The notes under the pieces: generated by a model
Databases searched by the model: none
The model's input: the letters and a program-made list of their open reading frames with translations, nothing else
Told to the model about the DNA's origin: nothing
Shown: positions 40,061 through 56,244 of the stretch, one piece after another
Numbering within the stretch: the first letter of the stretch is position 1
Layout of the letters: the number at the start of each line of letters is the position of its first letter
Program-made: the position numbers and the translations under genes
DNA from: the human T2T-CHM13v2.0 reference genome, Homo sapiens
NCBI RefSeq assembly: GCF_009914755.1
Contig: NC_060927.1
Reading direction: 5' to 3' (one strand)
DNA: 64,000 nt

Positions 40061-41521
40061 CTATGTTAAAAAGGCCAAAAAAAAAAAAGGAATCAATTAG
40101 CATTTTAATGTTAAAATGAAACTAATTTCCAGTAGCAAAATAATGGTTTTTAACCATGACACCTGCAGTTTCAGGCAAGTGTCAGACAGCCAAACATATC
40201 CATAGTTGTAAGGTGTCCTACTATTAGGGAGGAAAAGATATAGAATTCTACAGTCATTAATTAGCCACATATTAGTTAACACCACATAGTTGTAAAGAAC
40301 TTTCTGCAGCAGGAAGGGTATTCAAAATTTAACAGAGGGTCCCAAATCATTTGAAATGCACAAATTTCACTCTCCCATTTCATTGACCATCAGGAAAAAT
40401 GGAAGTTAGAGATAATGCATTCCCAAGACATGCAATTTGCCCAAGCCCATGGAGCAGTGGAAAAGCCAGCACGAAGATCTGAATTCCTGGATTTGTGTGA
40501 CATAAGCCTGAAGATGATGCTAGACAATCTATGAGGTTGCTTTTTGAAAAAATATTAATAGGACACCAAGAGAAAAAGTGTTTCCAATATAATCCACCAT
40601 ACCAAAATATAAAGAACACTTGTGAATACTGTAGTTGACATTCCCTCAACGCATAAACCTAAAAGGATTTTTCTACTTAGTGAACACATTTGTAAAAGGA
40701 CTCAGATGACCCTAAAGCAAACACATCTTAAGAAAAAAACAGAACATGAAACTATACCATTTGTAAAGATGCTAAGTTAAATACATCCCTCCCAGTGGTA
40801 AAGATCAGAGAAAAATTATGATATGTGTTAATAAATATTCAAGTTGCAAATATAACATAAAAATGATTTTTGAAATGAAGTCTAATTACTTTAGAATCCT
40901 GTAGAACCAATTAAGAATCCACCACCAAGCACAACTGAGATTTTTCTCTTAGATAACCCAAAGATAATTCCACAAGTTTGATTAGAGAACACTTTCGGTG
41001 ATAAATTTGAAGACTCACCACTTTGGGGCTGCATGTAAGAGAGTATGGGCCTTGAGTAATTAGTTCAACAAGAGAGAAATGGCTTTAAATAGCTGTATAA
41101 ACACAAGTTGCTCAGAAAAAACAACTTGAAAATGTTCATCTCCCAGATCCTCCAACTTTATTAAGTGTGTTTGTCCTTACGTCCACCCAACGGCATGATG
41201 TGACCTTCTGCTATCAGAAAGAACTACACAATATAATTCATCAGAACTCATCATAATGAACTCCCCACATATTGGAAACCAAAATGACCTTTCCTGGCTA
41301 ATATTTTTCTTATTTTCTTCACACAAAAGGAACCACTGGGTATTCTTTTTTCAATTCATTAAAAAAATAGATCCATCAGTGGAAAGTAATGCGATCTAAT
41401 AGTTCATATGCAAGACAAGAAGCCAGGAGTTTAATTTTAGGCTGAGCAGTAACTCATTCAGTCATATTTTCCCAGAGTGTACCTGAGGCACTTACTTGAA
41501 AGAATTAACTCTTTCTTGTCA

Positions 41522-43692
41522 TGTCTTAGTCTGTTTTCTGCTGCTGTAACAGAACAGAAATTGAGTAATTTACCAAGAAATTTATTTCTCACAGTTCTAG
41601 GGGCTAGGAAGTCCAATAGCACAAAGGCAATTAAATTTCAACATGAGTTTTGGAGGAGACATTCAAGCCATAACATTCCACCTCTGGCCTCCCAAAACTC
41701 ATGTTCTTCTTACATACAAAATATATTCATTCCATCTCAATAGCCCAAAAGCATCAATTCAAAAGCCCAGTGTCCAGAGTTCCATCTAAATCAGATATGA
41801 GACTCAAGATTCATCCCACCTCAAATGTCCTCCAGCTGTGAGCCTATAAAATCAAAACAAGTTATCTACTTCCAAAACACAGTGATGGAACAGGCATAAA
41901 ACAGACATTCCCATTCCAAAAGGGAGAAATAGAAAAAGAAAAGAAGTAACTGGTTCTCAGTATGTCCAAAACCCAACAGGTAAAACAACATCAAGTCTTA
42001 AAGCTGGAGAATAATGTCCTTTGGCTCTGTATGTCCTGCATCCTGGACATGCTACAGCAGGAATTAGGTTGCCAATGCCACGGGCAGCCCTGCCCCTGTG
42101 GCTTTGCTGGACCCGATCCACTCAGCAGCTCTCTTGGGTTGGAGTCCTATGCCTGCAGCTCTCCCAGGCTGGAGTTGTACACCTGCAGCTCTACATTTCG
42201 GGAGTCTCTGGGGTAGCCTCGCTCCCATGACTGCCCCCTAGTACATGCTCTCTGTGGTGGCTCCTCCCTTGTAACAACTTTCTGCCAGGACCCCAGACTG
42301 CCTGATACATCTTTTGGAATCTATGTGGAGGTGACTATGGCCCCAAGGCTCATGCACTCTGAACTTCCACAGGATCAGTACCATGTGGACACCATCAAGG
42401 CATACCACTTGTGCCCTCTGAAGCTCTGGCACTAGCTGTACCTGGGCCTGCTTGAGGGGTGCTGCATTGGAATTTGGGGAGAATTCCAAGGCTGCATAGG
42501 GCATTGAATGCTGAGGTCCCACAGGTACCCCTCTTGAAATCTTGCCCTCAAGGTGCTAGCTTTCCTGAAAGATCTCTGAAATATCATCAGGGTAATTTTC
42601 TCATTGTCTTGAACAGCAAGCACCTGGTTCCATTCCAGCTGTATCAATCATTTTAGCAATCTCTTTTGCCTGACCACACCCTTAGTATTCTCTCCCAAAT
42701 ATGCTGTTTTATTCTTCACATGGCCAGGCAGAGAGTCTTCCAAATCTTTCTGTTCTGCTTCCCCTTTAATTGTAAATTCTGCCTTTAACTAATTTCTCTA
42801 TTCACTCATTTTACTGTAAGCACCCAAAAGAAGCCATGCAGCACCTTGAACACTCTCCTGCCACATATACTAGATCATTGCTCTTAAATTCCATCTTCTA
42901 ATGGAATCTTATAAAACACTTCCATCTTCTAAAACCTTAGTGCATGGACGCAATTCAGCCAAATTCTTTACCATGTTAAAACAAGGATTGCCTTTACTCT
43001 GGTTTCCAATACATGTTTCTCATTTCTGCTTGAGACTTCATCAGAATGGCCCTTACCGTCCATATTTCTAACAACATTCTGATCACAACCTCTTAAGTGA
43101 TCTCTAAGAAGTCTCAGACTTTCCCTACAGCTATTCTCTTCTGAGCCCTCACCAGAGCCACCCTTAACACTCCATTCACAGCAATACAGTTTTTCAGCAT
43201 TTACTTCAAAACTGTTCCAGCCTCTACCCATTACCCAACTCCAAAGCTGCTTCCACATTTTCAAGTATTTGTTATAGCAATAACGCCATTCTCTGTACCA
43301 ATTTTTTGCCTTAGTCTGTTTTCTGCTGCTGTAACAGAATACCTGAAACTGAAACAGAATACCTTTAAAAAAATCTATTTCTCATAGTTCCAGAACTGGG
43401 AAGTCTAATATCAAGGTGCCAGCATCTGGTGAGGGCCTTCTTGCTACATTATCCCATGGCAAAAGATGGAAGGGAAAGAGTGCTCAAGAGAGGGAGAAAG
43501 GGCTGAACTTGCTTGTATAACAATCCACTCTCACAATAAGGAACACGGCCCTCGAGATAATGACATTAATCCATTCATGAGGGTGGAGGCCTTATGACCT
43601 AATCCACCTCTTCATAATCCTACCTCTTAATACCACCACAATGACAATTAAATTTCAACATAAGTTTTGGAAGGCACATTTAAACCAAACTG
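41522..43692 (-). mobile_element. Complete MST-family MaLR provirus (LTR-int-LTR)
   Basis: 5' LTR 43307-43692, internal 41675-43306, internally deleted 3' LTR 41522-41674. Both LTRs start (+ strand) tg[t/c]cttagtctgttttctgctgctgtaacagaa. Perfect TSD TGTCA (41517-41521, 43693-43697). Confidence 0.92.
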
Positions 43693-44409
43693 TGTCACTT
43701 CTAACTTCAGTACATTCAAGATCGATAACTTTGTGCATGGCACCAAAAGAAAGCATTTACTTGCAATCATTTTATTCCTCTGTTGTTCCCAACTATAACA
43801 CAGTCCTTTCTATCAGTCTGCTTCAAAAGTCATGTGTTTTTAAAGAGTCTCAGTGTTTTCAATGATGAAAGACATTGCCCATATCTAGACTAAGAGAATT
43901 TTTTTAGAACATGTCTGGTCATTCTCGGAATGAACTAAAAAGATGGTGGATGCTGGGCTGCATTTTTCATCTTCTGCCCGATGTGTGGGTATTATGTGGA
44001 GACAGTTACTGATTTACTACAAAAGAGCAGAAAGCCTATTTATGTCTCCCGGTACCAAGAAACTTTGAGGTTCCCAGGCAGAAGAGCCCATTCTTCAAAT
44101 GTTTAATTTATTTCCATGTTACACAAGAAAGAATTCTACCTACACTTGATTTCTTATCAAGGAAAATAGAGAGGCTGTTGCCTTCCTCGTCTGTTGATCT
44201 ACTTGCCTTCATTATTGGTGAGGTGAATTCCCTCAGAGAACTATTCTTTCAGAATACAGTCATTCACTTGTAGATGAGCACCTTCAGAATACCTCTTCGG
44301 TCTGCTACACCCACCTCACTCCACATGTGAATCTGCAGGGCATCACATTTCCCCCATCTTTTCACTCTAAAACTCTACAATGATGAAATACCAGTTCCTC
44401 TTAAAATTG

Positions 44410-45105
44410 AAAGACACACTGACCTTAAACCTGGATCTAACTATGAGGAAAATCAGATGAACTCAAATTGGAGCAACATCCTGCAACATAATTTCTCTGC
44501 ATTCCTAAATAGTATCAAGGTCATGAAAGACAAAAAAAATTAAAATAACCATGAGAATTGTCTCAAATAAAGGCAAGAAACATGGCAACCAAATGCAACT
44601 GTGATCTTACATTGGATCTTGGACCAGGAAAAAATAGTCATCCTCAGAATGAACTGTACACCCACACAAAAACAACGACACATATACGTAGCCATAAAGG
44701 ACATTATTGAGAAAATCAACAGTATCTGAATATAGCCTGTAGATTGCATTACAGTGTTCTATCAACATTAAATTTCCTCATTTTGATCCTCATACTGTAG
44801 TTAAGAAAGAAAATGCACTTGTTATTAAATACATCCTGAAATATTTAAGAATAAAGAGGCAAATGCCTCCCATTTATTTTCAAATGACTTTAAGAAAACA
44901 TGAGCGGGAAGAAGTCAAGAAGAAAGAGAGACAGAAGAGCAGGATAGAGGGAACGAAGAAGAGAAAGGGAATTAATGAATGCAAAAACTAATAAGCAAAA
45001 GGTAAGCAATTGGTGAATCGGGGCACAAGGTATATGGGAATTCTTTGTACTCTTCTATGAACTTTTCATTAAATTGGAAATTATACCAAATTAAGACATT
45101 ACATA
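44410..45105 (+). mobile_element. L1MC4/5-like 3' end
   Basis: aaatgcaactgtgatcttacattggatcttggaccagg..gggaattctttgtactcttc. Confidence 0.7.
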
Positions 45106-47179
45106 CGTACTTAAAAGCCTTCAGTTTATAAAATATACTAAAATGATTGAGAGCTTATTGCCAATTCTAAGCAATAAGGGGAGTGAAAGTTTGAATGTTC
45201 TGGTTAATTCAACTCTCTGAGCTTTCATCCAAGCCTCCAGAGAAGGTTTATTTGTTTTTATTTTAAAAACACTGACATAGCGCCTGCTAGGAACCATGCA
45301 CTTGTTAGTCATTTTAAAATATAAACTCACTTTAAAAGAAGGATTTATTTACATCACGATATGGCATAGGTAGAAGTGGCTTGTCCAAGCTCACTTAGCT
45401 AGTAAGTGGCTGAGCCAAGATTCTAATTTATGCTGTCTGGTACCAAGGTACCTACAGTTTCAGTTCTAGTAAAAGTATTTCCAAAAAATACCAGTCCCTT
45501 TTCATGCTTTAGTAAACAGGAGGAAAATAAATCTTTCTTCAGGACTTGAAGACATTGGTCATCAATCTGACATTAAAAATTCTGTCTGTGGCTGAATTTG
45601 TGTAGACAATTGGACTGAATTTGTCAGCAGATGCTCGGATTGTGCCTATGATGGTTTACATTAATGCCTAAATAAATATTGCCTCATCTCTGAAAAGCTA
45701 GTGAAAAACAGTGGCACAGGCTTCTCATTTGCTACAGATTTATTAAAGGTTAACTAATGTCATTTCCCAAATTAAGACCAAGTATGCAAGAATTATATAC
45801 AGCTTGAGGGCCTTCACCACCATTTTTTTAAACAGATGGAAAACAGCTGCACTTCTGAATAGAACTCTCTAAAACGTTTCAGTGAAGATATACCAGAGCC
45901 AGAACATCATACATGAAGGCTAAATTACTTCGGTTGATTTCTATGAAGGAATTCAGCACCAAAACATTAAAAATGGATTTTTGTCTGTGCATCCACTCAA
46001 ACTCATCTCCTAACACATTTGAATTCAAAAGCATTTTTGCAAAAGTACACAGCAAAACAGAATCTGCTTAATAACGAACAAATAGCCCAAGTGCTACTAA
46101 ACCACACTGCCCTTTCCCGCCTGCCCACTCACCAGGGAAACCTCCAAGCCCATCTTGCATCACCTCCAGAGTGAGGAGGTTTGGATAATTAGCTATTTCC
46201 AGACTCACCATCAGTTCATCTCTGACCTCCCGGGCTGGGATCTACCGGGATAGCCTGGTGCCTTCTGTACTCAGCCCCTTGAGTACTAGGGCACAAGTAG
46301 GAATAATTTTTTCAGCTAATGATGTAAGAGGTGACACCCTAAAGCGTTTAGATATTGTGGTAAATCATTTTTCCACACTAATTTCCACCCAGACAGAAGA
46401 TGATGGAAGTGAAAAATGTTTCAGAAAGCAGCAATCTGGGTTTGGGGAGTAACTAGAGGGTTTTATGAGTGGAAGGGTAGGGATGGGGGGAGACTATCCC
46501 ACTAAGTGATGTCTTTCCATTCTGGGATAATCAATAGAAATCTCGAAGCAGAACTTGCCTACATAAAACCATTCATCATTTCTCTAGACAGAAATGAGGT
46601 AATATGTTTCCATTTCCAGTTGCTTAAATAACACAATCACATTGAATTGTCTTTAGAAATCTGCAAACAGCTTTTCCACCAAAGCATGCACAATGAAATG
46701 TAACTTCTCTCTTGACAAATATATCCTGAAATAAGGCAGGTATTAATGATCTTCTTATATTAAAGAGTGTGCTGATGAAAGTAAATGTGCTTAACAGGTT
46801 ACCAACGTTTATGTGAATATATTTCAAGCACCTGATACACGGCAGAACCTCCACTGAGCCATCATTTATAATGATCACATATGTGGAATTACTTTTGTAA
46901 TTTAGAGAGTATTCATTGTTACATGTTAAAGCAGACATGTTTTCCCACCAATATGTGGTATATACCTGTCATAAATTGCTTTTTATTGCTTCCTTAAAAA
47001 CATCAGTGAAGAATTTACTACTGAACCATTTTACAACATGCTAAAGTATGTTGTAAATGAGCCATTAAAGACAATAACTGTCTATTAAATATTAAAGAAT
47101 TTTATAAATGGCATTTTAATTTCAAGTGTTACCAATACCATCTCATCTAAATTAGGTGGTAGAGAGTTGTTTTAGCAGA

Positions 47180-47342
47180 GTGAGAAGGTTTGAGGGGGGT
47201 GGATGATGACAAATCAGTTAATGGGTATGACGTACATTAATCAGGTGATGGATACACTAAAAGCCCTGCCTTGACCACTACACAAGCTATACATGTAACA
47301 AAACTGTACATATGCCCATAAATATGTACAAAGAAAGAAATA
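47180..47342 (+). mobile_element. L1PB/MA 3'-end fragment
   Basis: ggtgatggatacactaaaagccctg..catgtaacaaaactgtac and A-rich tail. Confidence 0.75.
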
Positions 47343-48909
47343 AGATTCTTCTCCCATTTTTAAAAAACGCTCTTCTAGTCAGAGATGATTTAAATAAATA
47401 GACATGCTATGTTTATATATGGTTTACACTCTGTCACTTTAAGAACTGAGAAATTCCTTAAAACCACACAGCATCTTCATTTAAGTGCACTGATAAATTC
47501 CTTCCTAATGGATATATGGTCAAACCACGCATTTCGTTAATGAAGAAAAACTCTAGCCTTCAAGTGACCGTGAAGTAAAAAGTACAAAAGCAATCATTGC
47601 TAAGTAATAATGAATAACTGAGATCCAGTATACATAAAACTGAAAACTTAGCTGGCAAGTTACATAAAATAAAATGCGCTCACCAAAATCAGCAGCACCC
47701 AGCATGGCTCCACAACTTGTTGTCCAAGTGAAATTGCCCAGGTCTGGGGCTGAACAAATGTTAACGGTAATGACAATTTAGCCATAAATCTCTCAAGGCC
47801 CAATTATCCTTACTGCAGAGGGTTTATTTCTTTTAATTGGACCAGTTTTTAATTGGAAATTTTCCTCTCATTTCTCATTTTTCAAATATTCAAAACAGAA
47901 TGTCTAAGGATTTTATTTAACATAATCAATAGCCAACATAAATTTTGGAGATTATCTACAAGTTGCCAAGTACTTGAATTTTATCTGAAAAGTTTTTACA
48001 TGATAGGATCTAACTTCTACATAAAAAATATTTGTAAACATTAAATAATAGGTCTTCTAATACTATCATCATTACTATGGGCAAGTGGGAGTCTATTTAC
48101 TTATAACCAGAATGTAAAGTTCTTGAGGGGAGAATAATGTCTTATTTCTCTTCTACCCCAGCTGCTAGTATAATATCTTGCATACCGTGGAAGTTAAATA
48201 TGTTTTGTTAATAAATGAATAAATGTAAGCCCCCAGTTTCACTCCCAAATGAATGGTCATTTAATCTCTATGCTTCCCAAATTCCTCATCTGTAAACAAA
48301 TACAGTTTAACCGGATGACCTCCGAGGTGCCTTCCAGCTGTAACAATAACTCACAGAGCATTTTAGGAAAAGTACAGTGTGATTTAGCTACTGTTAACAA
48401 ACAGCTCATGGACATATATACACAGTAAATGCAGCCATGAGTGGATTACATGGCAAGACAAAGCCCGTCGCAGACAATATTGGCCTTTCTAATCTATTAG
48501 TGGGATAAAGGCTTCTTAAAAGCTTAATCTAAACCTGTATTACATTTCAACCTTAAAATCATCTTTTGTTTGACAATGGTGCCCTCCTGTGGACAAAACA
48601 AGGAAATATTTTGACTATGCTAACATTTTTAACTGGTTTATAATATGTATGTTTTTATTATAATAATTACACCTTTAAATTTTTAATAAAGCCATATTTA
48701 TAAATAGAATGCAAACTATCCTTAAATAAACAAAAGATATAATTTAAATAACACTATCACACTAAATAGTATTACCAAAAGAAAAAGTTAAATCAAAATA
48801 TACTAACAGCTTCTAAATAAAATGGTAATTATTTCTATGGAATACTACACATAATAAATGCAGGCTTAATGGGATTCAGTATTTGTTGGTTCTTCCTGTT
48901 ACTTGTTAC

Positions 48910-49289
<380 letters not shown>

Positions 49290-49573
49290 TGAAAGCAGAC
49301 TCAGCGCTGGCATTATACTGGGACATGCTGGGGGAAATTAACAAGACTGATTCTTGTCAATTCAAGACAAATCTAACTGGAAAGACAAAAACACACAAGG
49401 AGCAGCCAACAGAGTAGGCCATTCAATATTTGGCAGTGTGTTTTAGCATAATGAAAAAGAATACTTTAACCATGTGAAAAAGGGTAAGATCACTGGGGAC
49501 TGCTGTAATCCAGGAAAACTTCCTGGAAGAGGCAACAGCACAGAACAGTAAAAGTAAAGATGGAAAGGAGTAA

Positions 49574-50210
<637 letters not shown>

Positions 50211-50434
50211 TAGGACAGAAAAGGTCTGTATATGTGCATGGGTTTGTTTTGTTTTGATTTGATTAGGTGGGGGAAGTGGAAGAGCCACTAAAGGAAACCA
50301 CAGAACTCATGTAGAGAAAAGAGAAGGGGAGATACAGTGGGTAGGGGGAATTAGCTATGCACAGGGAACTTAGACAGAAGAGCTAGCACAGCATCCATGC
50401 TCTATTTCTGTGTTCAATGGGTCACCTCTGCATG

Positions 50435-51190
50435 ATTAATTCAACAAGGATTTTTTTTTTAATCAACTCTCTGTGCCAGAGCCTGTGCTGAGTACTGGAC
50501 ACAGAGGGTAGACAAGATCCCCAGTGTCCTGGAGCTTGCATTATAGCACGTGGAGACAAACAGGTAAACAAGCATAAATAAGGTTAACTGTGGACTGAGA
50601 GAAGCATTACAGAGAAAACAAAAGTGAACAATGTGATGGAGACTAGCCGAGCTTGGAGGAAAAGAGGTTAGCTACTTGGAGTGGGTGTTCAGGGATGGCC
50701 TGGCCTCACTGAGAAGGTGACTGTGACATCATGGTGAATTACATAATGTGACTTTCCAAGGGAAGCATATTCCAGGTAAATAGACAGCACAAAGAGCCTG
50801 AAGCTAAAATAAGCTTGGTGTGTTCAGGAGCGGAGAGGTAGCTAGGGAGGCCAGAGGGGAGTAAGCAAGGCAAAGAGAGGTAGGAGGTAATGTTAGGTAG
50901 CAGGTGATGGCAGAGAGGTATCCAGGGACAGACCAGGCAGAAGCTTGTAGGCCATAGTGTGCTGTTAGAATTTTATTCCAAATGTGGTATAAGAGTTTTA
51001 AGCAGGAGAGAAACAGGAGATGGTTTAGGTTTTCACAAGAGCCCTCCAGCTGCTGGGTAGAGAATGTCCTGATGTGGGGGCAGGATCGGAAACAGGGAGT
51101 CTACTGCAGCCATCCAAGCAAGAGATGGTGATGGCTTGGAGCAGGATGGTGACAACACAGCCCAAGAAAAACTGATCTTCCAAGGCCAAA
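50435..51190 (-). mobile_element. L2 fragment
   Basis: attaattcaacaa..tgtgccagagcctgtgctgagtactgg..ttttaagcaggagag. Confidence 0.7.
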
Positions 51191-51653
51191 AGTAGCACCG
51201 AGCACACAACAGGTTCTCAATAAGTCTGTGAATGAATGAATGCTTGAGTAAGTGAGCAAAATGTTATTACCAGTCTTGCAATATGCCATTGGTTTTTTAA
51301 CCTCTCTCTAGAGCTGATGTCTGTCTCATGGGCAAATACAACAAATACTGACATAGATGGCCTCAAGAGAAGAAAAAGTGGCAAAACACCTTATTGACTG
51401 CTTGTTCGCAGGCTAAGGTTGTGACGAGAAGTACAAGAGAATGAATTTGGCCAGCTATCTGGAGAGTAGGGTACCTGTGAAGCCCAGGCCTCTAAATGGG
51501 GTCCTCTCACATCCCTGCTGGGTATCTCAGACACTTCATGTGGGAGCAAACTACCATATGGGAGAAAACTACCGAACTAACTATAAGGTCCAAGTTTCAA
51601 CAATACTCATTTTTATCTTATGGACACTGTACTTCATACAATCTGTTGTTTTT

Positions 51654-51986
<333 letters not shown>

Positions 51987-52055
51987 TAGGAAGCTGACAG
52001 CCAAATTTATAGTTCATCTTCAGTAAGTGAACAGGACCTTTCACCATGCCTTTTA

Positions 52056-52484
<429 letters not shown>

Positions 52485-53096
52485 TCAACAAGACACCACA
52501 CACTAACCGGTCCAAAGTTCAGATTGTCCTAAGAGTCTCTTCATTGACTCCCCTTTTCTTTACCCAACCTACTTGCCAGAACAAAACTCAACACTTCCCC
52601 CTTGACATGGTTACCTCAGGTGAAAGCATTCTTTCCAAATGAAAAATGTTACCCAGACTGTACCTCACAGGAAGTCACAGACAACAGATCACATTGGGAT
52701 TCATTGACTGATTTCCTGGTAGACAGCAAGGTTGCAAGGGGATGAGACAAAGGACTGGTCAGGTTTGGTTTAAGGTAAATACGAATGGGAGGAACAAGGT
52801 CCAGGACATGTGGCACAGGGAAGTGAGTGCAATCAGGAGAGCTGGAGAAGGACAAGGTGAAAAAGGGGTGAGATGGGAAAGGACCCCAAGGAGATACATT
52901 TTATAGCTTGAGCAAAGGTCAGTCTTGACCAGCAGTGATTCAGAACCAGTCGTTTCATCTGAGATTAAAATCAACTTGTTATGTATGATCCAAGAATCCG
53001 GAAAAGTTTTCACAGGCCCTAGAAAATATGGAAAGGCATATCTGATTGTTTTGCCCTCGTGTTTAAGTCAAGAGAAGAGAATCAAATAATCTGTTA

Positions 53097-53470
<374 letters not shown>

Positions 53471-53854
53471 TCATCTTGTTGAATCCTTAGAATAACCCTG
53501 TAAGGAAGTCTGTTTTGTTTTGTTTACATCTCTGTTTAACAGGAGAGAAAATAAGTAAACCCGTTTACTTACCCAAGTATACAATATTAGTGGTAGACTC
53601 AGGATTCCAAACTAGGCTGGGAGATTCCACTACCTGGGAAGAAAAGGGAGTGTCGACCAGAAAAAAAGCTTGAGAAAACAAGAAGGGGAATTGAAGTAGG
53701 GTAGTAAGTGGTCAGCCAAGACCTTCCGAAGACTGAAGTTTGGACACTACAGAAAGCCCAACTCAGAGTATTTCTCAGGTTGAGGATGCAGTTGTTAAAG
53801 ATGGAGTCTTCCCAACACTGGCCATAGCTGCGTAGGAAATACATCACATAAATT

Positions 53855-54090
53855 TCAGCCACATATCTACTTTTTCATGTGTAAACTTTATGAAATAAAT
53901 GAAATACCTTTAAAATATTTCCAAAGAAAATTTAGCATCCAAACTGAGATACTAAGTGTAAAATACACACCAAATCTTAAAGCCTTAGTAGAAAAAAGAA
54001 CTACCTCATTAATAATTTTTAATATTCCATGTAGAAATATTATTTTAGACATAGCCAGCTAAATAAAATATAATATGAAAATTAAACATA
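53855..54090. mobile_element. MER33-like hAT MITE fragment
   Basis: actgagatactaagtgtaaaatacacaccaaat..aatattattttagacata. Confidence 0.55.
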
Positions 54091-54708
54091 AAATTCAGGC
54101 ACACTGGTATAACCAAAAGTGGTTTTCCACAGACAATAATATACCCTGGATTTTTTTTTTTCTTCATTTCAAAAAAAGTTTTGGCATTTACGGAAGGCTT
54201 CTTAAACTTCTTCCATGGTTTGACATCATTGACTCAGATAAAGGCCTAGGAAGCCATTCCTCCTATTCAGGATCTAAAAAAGCAGCAGTTCACATTTATA
54301 ACGCATTACAACCAGAACTTGAGGCCTAAGAAATTTCTATGTCGAGTCCACAGTTTCAAACGCAAATTCACTCATCAAGGCTTTGTTCAGGCATCAGGGA
54401 AACATCCTGGCAGCAAGTATACCTATATAAGGAAATATTAGGTCACGATCCCATAACTCCAACACACAAGAGATGCACCACACACTTTAGGAGACTTCCA
54501 AAGCAGAAAAACACAAGAGACTAGGGAGAATGACCTCTCTTCCTAGTTTATGCCTTCAAGGTATTAAATGTACTATTCATCCCCAAAAGAAGAAATGCAT
54601 ATAAAAACTCAGATCACCATAATATGCAGTGTAACATAAAAATTAATATCTGGAAAGCAAATTTATTTTCACCACCTAAAAGACATTTAACCTTTAATTA
54701 AAATAATA

Positions 54709-54988
54709 GGCCTGGCATGGTAGCTCACACCTGTAATCCCAGCACTTTTAGAGGCTGAGGCAGGGGACTGCCTGAGCTCAGGAGTTCAAGACCAACCTGG
54801 GCAACATGGCAAAACCCTGTCTCTACACACACACAAAAAAAAAAAACACAAAAATTAGCTGGCTGTGGTGATCCCAGGTACTGGGGAGGCTAAGACATGA
54901 GAATCACTTGAACCTGGGAAGCACAGGTTGCAGTAAGCCGAGATTGCACCACTGTACTTCAGCTTGGGTGACAGAGCGAGACTCTCTC

Positions 54989-55028
<40 letters not shown>

Positions 55029-55050
55029 TAATAATAATAATAATAATAAA
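54709..55050 (+). mobile_element. AluJ with (AAT)n microsatellite tail (54991-55048)
   Basis: Dimer followed by about 19 AAT units. Confidence 0.93.
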
Positions 55051-56244
55051 GCTGCCTGGAAACCATTAATTCCATAGTAACTTTGGTAACTGGGGCCAGA
55101 AGGAACAGAAGCAATATAATTCCAATAGTATCCAGCTTTTTCCAGCCTTCCTGCCACAGGGTCTTTGCACATGGCAGTCCTTCTGTTCAGAGGCAAACAC
55201 ATTCTTCTGTCCTCCACTAAGTTAACTCCTACTCATCCTTCATATCTCAGGGCAAATATTACTGCCTCAGAGAAGCACTCTCTACTCACTAGCTAAAATC
55301 CCAAATTTTAGTCTTTTCTTCTTGGTACTCTCTAGAACTGCCTTTTTATACTCTCGTGAGAATTCCCTATCAAACTGGAGCTCCGTGAGGGCAAAGATCA
55401 GGCCTCTTCTCTCAGTATTGTTTCTCATCTCTAGCCCTTAACAGAGCAAGTTCAAAGCACTCAACAAATACTTGCTGAATCAATGAATGGATTTGAACAC
55501 CTAAACTTAATCAGGCTATCCCATTTCCTTTACCTAATAAATTTGGTTTTGCAATCACAGTTTCCACCTTGCAGTGAAATTTTTAACCAAAGATACTTTC
55601 CTAGACATTGACCCAATTCACAACTACTGCTTTCACTAAGGAACATCCCCAGCCCCCATCAAACCTTCTAAGAAAGGGCAGGGCAGCATGGTTTGCTATG
55701 TAGTTCAGCCACCCATGGCTAATTCAAGCCAAGCCAAGGGAACTTTCCTCTTCCTGCAACTTAGAATTGAGAATGAGAAACAGCTAATAATTCCAGAATT
55801 AGCTGTCAAGGGAGAAATATATAAATTTAGGAGGTATGAGGTGGCCAGCTTTTCCTCATCCATGCAGGGGGTACAAAGAAAGCCAGACTTCACAGAGACA
55901 AGAGTGACACAGATGCACACAAAACAGAAATAAGACTAGAAGAGGATGATCCAGGTCCCTGAAGGTCATTCTATTTTTAGTTCCAAGACTTTCCTTGGCC
56001 TGCCTTTGTGCCTTCCCTTGAATTCCTCAAGAACTCCTACAGCTATTTCACTTAAAAAAAAAAAAAATTCTTATCTTTGCTTGGCCTCGCTGGAGTTCTG
56101 TATTGATCTAAATAGAATTAGCCCATTTCATAGATAGGAAGAAATGAGCCCCCAGAAATTACCTTCCCAAAGTTACAAAGCTAATTAGTTGTAGAGCTGG
56201 GCTTTATACCCAAGCCTTCTGAGACAAGGGAAACTCTGTCTATG

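Noticed and set aside
45952-45965. REST/RE1 half-site TTCAGCACC (also RE1-like strings near 47695 and 63655)
   Set aside because: Only half-sites or wrong spacing; no full RE1 match.
53552-53571. TAAGTAAAC-cc-GTTTACTTA palindrome of forkhead-like sites; similar short hairpin at 47030-47057
   Set aside because: Short AT-rich arms with no supporting evidence of function.
54855-55217. 120-aa ORF with a poly-Leu 'membrane' stretch
   Set aside because: Translation of an Alu (AAT)n tail plus Alu sequence.
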